From positions 1-64,000 of the IMG/VR virus record IMGVR_UViG_3300005758_000578: a DNA stretch of 64,000 bases; one strand, given 5' to 3'. The DNA is from a virus. The position numbers and the translations under genes were made by a program. Under the pieces are notes generated by a model. The model had not been told where the DNA came from, did no database searches, and saw only the letters and a list, made by a program, of their open reading frames with translations. This document shows positions 59,401 to 64,000 of the stretch, in pieces. Every line of letters starts with the position of its first letter. The first letter of the stretch is position 1.

Positions 59401-60847
59401 CATAATAATTTTTAGAGGCACCTGCTACAACTTCTTGAGAAATTTCTTGAAGACCTTCAGATAGATTTCTCTTAAAGTATTGAGCTCCAAAACTTAAATA
59501 CTCTTTTGGTTTTAATATTTTCTTAGCTGCTTCTTTTGCAGTTAATACTGTAGCACCTTCTGTACTTGCAATGATTTGTTCTCCAGTTAGTGCTGATCTT
59601 GCAATAACATCATTTGTTGGAGCATTTAACATTGCTGATTTGCCTTTAAATAAGTTATTAAAAGTAATAGCATTAGTTAAATATATAAGAGGAGTATTAA
59701 TAGCACTTGTAGTAAAACCAGCATCACTAGCTAAACTATAAATTCTATTCATCTCTTCTTGCTCTGGATAATATCCATTCTCTGCAACAAATTGATTTAT
59801 CTTATCATCAATAAACTCATTCTTAACAGCACCACCTTCCATAGAAGCTTCAGCAACTGTATATCCAACTTGCTTAAGATCTAATATAAAATCACCAACA
59901 CCTCTTACAGCATTAGCATAACCAATCACATTGTCTCCAGCATTTATTGTATTTCTAACATTTGATAATGTTCTTGGTACAAGCGCTTCTGCAACACTCT
60001 TAACACCTTGACCAAGACGTGTAGCATCTAAACCTTTAATAGCACTGTATGCTTCTCTTGCACCATTAGCAGTAAATAACTTACGCATATTAGCTAAGTC
60101 TTTAGCTGCTTTAACTGTTTTAGCAGAACTAGCTCCCAAAGCTGCTGGTAAAGTAGCACCTTCTGTTAGGGCAACACTACCCGCAATTACAGCTTCAGTT
60201 AATAAATAGTCACCAACAATACCTGCTACAAATCCAGATTGTAATAATAAGTTAGAGGCAAACTGTGTAGCACCACCTTTAGTACTACCATACTCTGCCA
60301 TAATCTGAGCAAACTCATCAGCTGCTTTTTCATCAGTCATTGAGAAATCACCGGTAAGCATCTCACCCATTCCTCTATAACTAGACTTTACTACAGATAA
60401 TCCTAAAGCTGGAACACCTAGTAATCCTCTGCCAAGATCTTCATACCAAGATCTATTTTGATTATAGATCTCATCATTATTAGATAAAGGATCAAAACCT
60501 AACTTATAGAAGTTATCATTGTCATTGTAATATCTATTAAAGTTAGTTTTCTGATATCCGGATTGAAAAGTTTTAATCTTAGACTTTTCAAAAACAAGAT
60601 CAGATTCAGTAATAGGAGATGATAAAACATCCTTAGTAATATCAAAAGGATTATTTTTACTATAATTTACTTCAAATCCTCCGGTAGGAACTGCTGGTAT
60701 ACTAACATCTTCATTGTAAGGAACCAACTGTGCACCAGACGGTAAAGAATTCATACCATCTACAAATACCATATCTGGTCCTTGTAATGAATTAGGTATA
60801 CCGGGCTCTATACCTGGAGGTGGTAAAATGTTTTCAAAATCCGCCAT
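56435..60847 (-). CDS. Large virion cargo/ejection protein
   Basis: 1470 aa; Gly/Ala-rich hydrophobic segments, EGLQE..QE motif and acidic linkers. Confidence 0.8.
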   Translation of the reverse strand: MADFENILPPPGIEPGIPNSLQGPDMVFVDGMNSLPSGAQLVPYNEDVSIPAVPTGGFEVNYSKNNPFDITKDVLSSPITESDLVFEKSKIKTFQSGYQKTNFNRYYNDNDNFYKLGFDPLSNNDEIYNQNRSWYEDLGRGLLGVPALGLSVVKSSYRGMGEMLTGDFSMTDEKAADEFAQIMAEYGSTKGGATQFASNLLLQSGFVAGIVGDYLLTEAVIAGSVALTEGATLPAALGASSAKTVKAAKDLANMRKLFTANGAREAYSAIKGLDATRLGQGVKSVAEALVPRTLSNVRNTINAGDNVIGYANAVRGVGDFILDLKQVGYTVAEASMEGGAVKNEFIDDKINQFVAENGYYPEQEEMNRIYSLASDAGFTTSAINTPLIYLTNAITFNNLFKGKSAMLNAPTNDVIARSALTGEQIIASTEGATVLTAKEAAKKILKPKEYLSFGAQYFKRNLSEGLQEISQEVVAGASKNYYDRLYDTPEAGGIMIYLADAYENTKKQASMQGLEVFASGFLMGGLTGIAGNLANVSRRAGSNIYYNYIKNDPEKYNQLYKAEQERFKNIVSELDDAIKNGQKVLTLDIEDLLTQVRLGTDMVEARKNFDEKAFHDLKDMARFNSIYTALESGKFDLLIEKLQNLKDMKGDELKQAFDLTEDVTDEQALKILDVSIERAKQIKEQYKEFSDYKNPFNPNKFRRTNLSDPETKDAYVKEVINYKAFEEARKVAVFSLHGREQAQKRMGDLTDRLTAIGTIGKLTYSDITPLLNSNNLEQELDLLDSEIKSLTGSTDKETLKILNYKKAKKKALELYKTNLEKVGDVSDPQELKNKRFLKDAFVKYFNTLAQEAGTTISKGQSEEAYNIVTDYYSLADDVNIFTENLNSLYDPQTFYNYVNRLIEQQKYRQEKQVAYMQKARKAFINSVKLRDFIQFLADRGFGIKLSSLPKDVSKDYDEFVKTVINDLDVVFIDFNSDREFDKTDPRSLLIFNIINEFDGIVTEEKTEEAPVEEVVTEEEVVEEQPAVSDEIQQEEGVPLIQSVKQFNGLPLKLQGLIRSALAQQNSAREADGEDELPLDRFLRTASVRRIISKFFKDPENAADVKAFNEKKAPAKPAEAPKAEPAKPTSTQPTDARANIEKRTTKIISSEIVEKGNRKGQTRTVSQTNSITDLDGTLVSVTEYEANVGDTTETLGGKSMTLKEFKEEFPLDEDYAEIFEGLDDDSRITVIKVKRAPTSSRFSSVVSVYTTQFGKMDVGIKSDDVKYNAELVALEQPVTETEVVTDPLQPILDTISKAKSLSELDTMLEELDLDLLAEDPTNIDTINQAIESRKQELSKSVKYENVKKGDVLVFGDNKFGLVEKVTSTKLVVVPLYGERMTPAKDANKRITVLKKDFSKMVKSLYDTEANVVVGTKDVPSPSAEEKKIIETNSQNIDDFLDNEEATKKLEDQTNNKSEKDVNNDFFNNIGC

Positions 60848-60855
60848 TATAATTT

Positions 60856-63423
60856 TTATTCAGTAATCTGATCAAACCTGCTAAGGAGATTGTTAAAGTA
60901 TATAGAATTCATGTTATCCTGAATAAATGGATCAATTCTTCCAGTAGATGAATTATATGCTGTTCCTGATGCAGAAATGCTACCATCATTATTCTGAGTA
61001 AATGTAATATCAATATTACTATTAGGATTTTTATATCTATAAGAACCAGTATTATTTAAAATCAATTGTCTATCAGATGTCTCTAATCTAGTAGCAATAG
61101 GATTTGTAACAATCTCTCTTGGAATAACTGCTGTAATACCTCTAGCAATAATATTATTATATTGAGCTTCACTAATAAGACCGGATTCTTTTAAAGCTTT
61201 TAACTCTTTGTCATTAGAAGAAGGTCTTACAGTTAATGAATGATAATTATTATTACCTAAAGCTCTTCCAGCATAATCATATGCAATAGCTGTTTTATCA
61301 ACAGCCATCTTAGAACGTAAATTATTAAAGTAAGCTTTTAATTCAGGTATTGATTCCATATCTGCAAATACACCTTGGCTTTGCGCTGTAACATCAGCAG
61401 CATTACCAACACCTACTTTAACTACTGGATTATTTACATCATTCATTACACCAATAAATCCAATTGTAGTTGGTGACATAAACTTCTTAGGATCAGCAAC
61501 ACCAGTTACATAGTTAGAGATATACTGACCATCTCCTCCTGCACCTACAGGTTTATACCCAGCTTTATTTTGAGCTAGATTTACATAATTAGCTTTATAC
61601 TCTTCAGAAACATCTGCATAGTTTTCAGCAAAAGTTTCAAATGACATAGAATAACCAGAATTAGCTAATGCTTTATATGCAGAATTAACATCTCTTAATG
61701 ATCCATCTTTAGTAAACATAGCTCCTAAAATATTTGGATTATATTCATTGCTAGCAATCATATTACTAACTACTACTTTATTATTACTTGCTACTACTGC
61801 AGAATTAGAATAAGCTAATTGTTTCCTATCATTTGCAGCAATTAATAAAGGCGCCATCTTTTTACTTAAATTAGGATCAGCAGATAGCATATTCTCTATT
61901 CTTTCCTGAATTTTATTAAGTCCAGTTAAACCAATCTTACCTTGTTTAAGAGCAGTCATGGTAAATCCAGCACCTGATACAGCAGATTCAATTGCACTTT
62001 GTAATTCAGGATCATTAGTATTATAGATACTTTGAGCTAATGCAGAAACACTTCCAGCATATTGCTTCCAACTAGTATTAAATTCTTGTCTATCTGCAGC
62101 AAGAGGATCACCAGAAACACCAGCTTGATAACTTGTAGAACCTGCCATAAACTGATCTTGTCCACCAGCTTGAAAAAGCATTTTCTCTCTTTCAAAATCT
62201 TGTCTGATTTTTTCTTTTTTTGTCCAAGTAGAAAATTCTAAACTATTTTTGAATGCCTCAAGTCTATAAGGATCAGCCTCTCTTTTAACAGAGTAATTTT
62301 TATATGCTTCTGTTTCAGAAGCTCTAGCTAATTCATCAGAAATAAAACTTGTAGCTTTAGAAGCCTGAAAAGCTCTGCCTAATAAATCTATATCTTGTGT
62401 TTCAATGGCACTATTAATCTGTTTAATTCTATCTTCTAAATTAGTAAGTATTTGATCACCAGTAGCTTTTTCTTTTGCTAATGTTTGATATTGTGCTTGT
62501 TCTTTTGGTGAAAGTTTATCTCCCCTGTTTATTCTAGACTCATATACACTTAGTTTACTAGAGGTTGTAGATACACTTTCTCTAATATCCTCTAATCTAG
62601 ACATATCATTTTCTAAAGCTACATCAGCATTATTAATATAATATTCTTGTTTAGCAGCATTGATATCACCATTATACTTTTGATTTGCTAAAGTGGTAAT
62701 ATCATTCATAGATCTAACATAAGCATCTTCTTGAGCATAAGCTCTAACATTAGGATCATTTCCTAATGCCATACTTAAATATTGTCTAATTACATTTATA
62801 GATTTTGGACCACCGGTAGTAGTAATATTATAACCACCTTTTAACTCTTCAACTGATATGTTTTTAAAATCATCACCGATTAACTCATGAGCCATCTTTG
62901 CAATGTTCACAGCTGGCACATATTTAGGTAAAGGCATTTTGTATGCCTTATCTGCAGATGACATTTTAAATTCCATCTGTCTATACTGTAGACCTTGTAC
63001 TCCTACTGGAGACCATTTAGCTTGTGTTTCAGGATCATTAGCAGTTCTATAAGCTTCTGCTTCACGTTGACCTTGCCTAACACCTTTAGTAAACATGATG
63101 TCATACTGCATCTTTTTATCATCTACAAAAGGTTGAAATACTTGCTGAGCTAATTGTACATTAGCGGGATCAGAGAGATCTAAAGATGTAATTTGCTGAA
63201 TAGCTTTTTCAGAGTTCTTCAGAAAGTTATCTCTAGCAATTCTATTATCATCTCTTGTAAGATCAGCATATACAATACTACCGTATGCGCCACTTAATTG
63301 ATTAAGTGCGCTATCATACCTAGCCTGTCTTGTTGCTAAAACCGTATTAAGAAAATCAAAATTGGGTTTGTAAGGTTCAGCCTTTGGTATATAATCGGTA
63401 AGACCTTGAATGTAACTAGCCAT
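60856..63423 (-). CDS. Virion cargo/structural protein
   Basis: 855 aa; MASYIQGLTDYIP..PYKPNFDF N-terminus of crAss-like type. Confidence 0.75.
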   Translation of the reverse strand: MASYIQGLTDYIPKAEPYKPNFDFLNTVLATRQARYDSALNQLSGAYGSIVYADLTRDDNRIARDNFLKNSEKAIQQITSLDLSDPANVQLAQQVFQPFVDDKKMQYDIMFTKGVRQGQREAEAYRTANDPETQAKWSPVGVQGLQYRQMEFKMSSADKAYKMPLPKYVPAVNIAKMAHELIGDDFKNISVEELKGGYNITTTGGPKSINVIRQYLSMALGNDPNVRAYAQEDAYVRSMNDITTLANQKYNGDINAAKQEYYINNADVALENDMSRLEDIRESVSTTSSKLSVYESRINRGDKLSPKEQAQYQTLAKEKATGDQILTNLEDRIKQINSAIETQDIDLLGRAFQASKATSFISDELARASETEAYKNYSVKREADPYRLEAFKNSLEFSTWTKKEKIRQDFEREKMLFQAGGQDQFMAGSTSYQAGVSGDPLAADRQEFNTSWKQYAGSVSALAQSIYNTNDPELQSAIESAVSGAGFTMTALKQGKIGLTGLNKIQERIENMLSADPNLSKKMAPLLIAANDRKQLAYSNSAVVASNNKVVVSNMIASNEYNPNILGAMFTKDGSLRDVNSAYKALANSGYSMSFETFAENYADVSEEYKANYVNLAQNKAGYKPVGAGGDGQYISNYVTGVADPKKFMSPTTIGFIGVMNDVNNPVVKVGVGNAADVTAQSQGVFADMESIPELKAYFNNLRSKMAVDKTAIAYDYAGRALGNNNYHSLTVRPSSNDKELKALKESGLISEAQYNNIIARGITAVIPREIVTNPIATRLETSDRQLILNNTGSYRYKNPNSNIDITFTQNNDGSISASGTAYNSSTGRIDPFIQDNMNSIYFNNLLSRFDQITE

Positions 63424-63477
63424 TATCTATATTATAAATATAACAAATATAAAGTTAAACTATTAAACCTTTAAGAT

Positions 63478-64000
63478 TTAAGCAGTCTTATTCCTTCTTT
63501 TAGACATACCAGCTTGAGCAGCTGCAATATTACCACGCTCATCTACATTTACATCACCCATAATACCTTTAAGCAAAGCAGCTTGTACTGAAGGATCTGT
63601 AAAATCAAATGGTATACCAGTTGATTCTAAATAAGCCATCATATCATTACCTCTTTGTGCTGGGGTAATCTGTCTACCAGGTGTATAATAAGTTTTAAGA
63701 TAAGCAGGATCAACAAAGAAATTAGGATATAGACTATTCATTTGATCAGTCATAAATCTATTATCTAATGCAGCATTTGCATAATCTACAACTTGTCTTC
63801 TACCAGCTCTTCTAGCATTATCATATTGCTGATTAGTAGTAACTGTCTTATCATAGAAGTCATTAGCGGCTAATTGATTTCTAAAGTTAGCTTCATTAAT
63901 CAATTGCTTATTGGCTTGTTCAAACTGATTAGCTACACCAACGTTTAAGTTATTATATCTACCCAAGATATTAGCTGCATTAGCTAAACCTTTACCTTGT
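63478..64000 (-). CDS. Virion protein, 5'-truncated by the window edge
   Basis: N/Q/A-rich frame open to the end of the window. Confidence 0.65.
   Translation of the reverse strand, partial: QGKGLANAANILGRYNNLNVGVANQFEQANKQLINEANFRNQLAANDFYDKTVTTNQQYDNARRAGRRQVVDYANAALDNRFMTDQMNSLYPNFFVDPAYLKTYYTPGRQITPAQRGNDMMAYLESTGIPFDFTDPSVQAALLKGIMGDVNVDERGNIAAAQAGMSKRRNKTA

Noticed and set aside
1-64000. Stop-codon reassignment, as in some Crassvirales
   Set aside because: Genes up to 9.4 kb are open in the standard code, and TAA, TAG and TGA all end genes at coupled junctions. The two split genes are explained by introns.

Overview
An AT-rich 64 kb segment of a lytic crAss-like (Crassvirales-type) phage. 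TAnnTTTG promoters and the gene families point to a Bacteroidota host. The standard genetic code fits throughout. The + strand (1-31.5 kb) carries early and middle genes: spore photoproduct lyase, a hypervariable array of small ORFs joined by repeated start/stop junctions, metallophosphoesterase, SF2 helicase, UDG, DnaB, AAA ATPase, SSB, primase, RusA, a DUF2201-vWA/AAA pair in which each gene is split by a group I intron with a homing endonuclease, a PD-(D/E)XK nuclease, PolB and GroES. The - strand (31.6-64 kb) carries late genes: PhoH, dCTP deaminase, a tail/receptor-binding protein, a lysis cassette and the giant virion cargo proteins, including a DFDID-type virion RNA polymerase. Most striking observations: (1) four consecutive cargo proteins (~7,050 aa) contain only six cysteines, all at termini facing the neighbouring gene product, suggesting a head-to-tail linked ejection chain that includes a nucleotidyltransferase; (2) a promoter-driven hairpin sRNA is complementary over 24 nt to the translation-initiation region of a lysis-cassette gene 7.5 kb away; (3) an 'MSNNK / NEQQ*' dual-frame junction repeat organises a cassette-like array of small ORFs. 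All calls come from reading motifs by eye; no searches were run.
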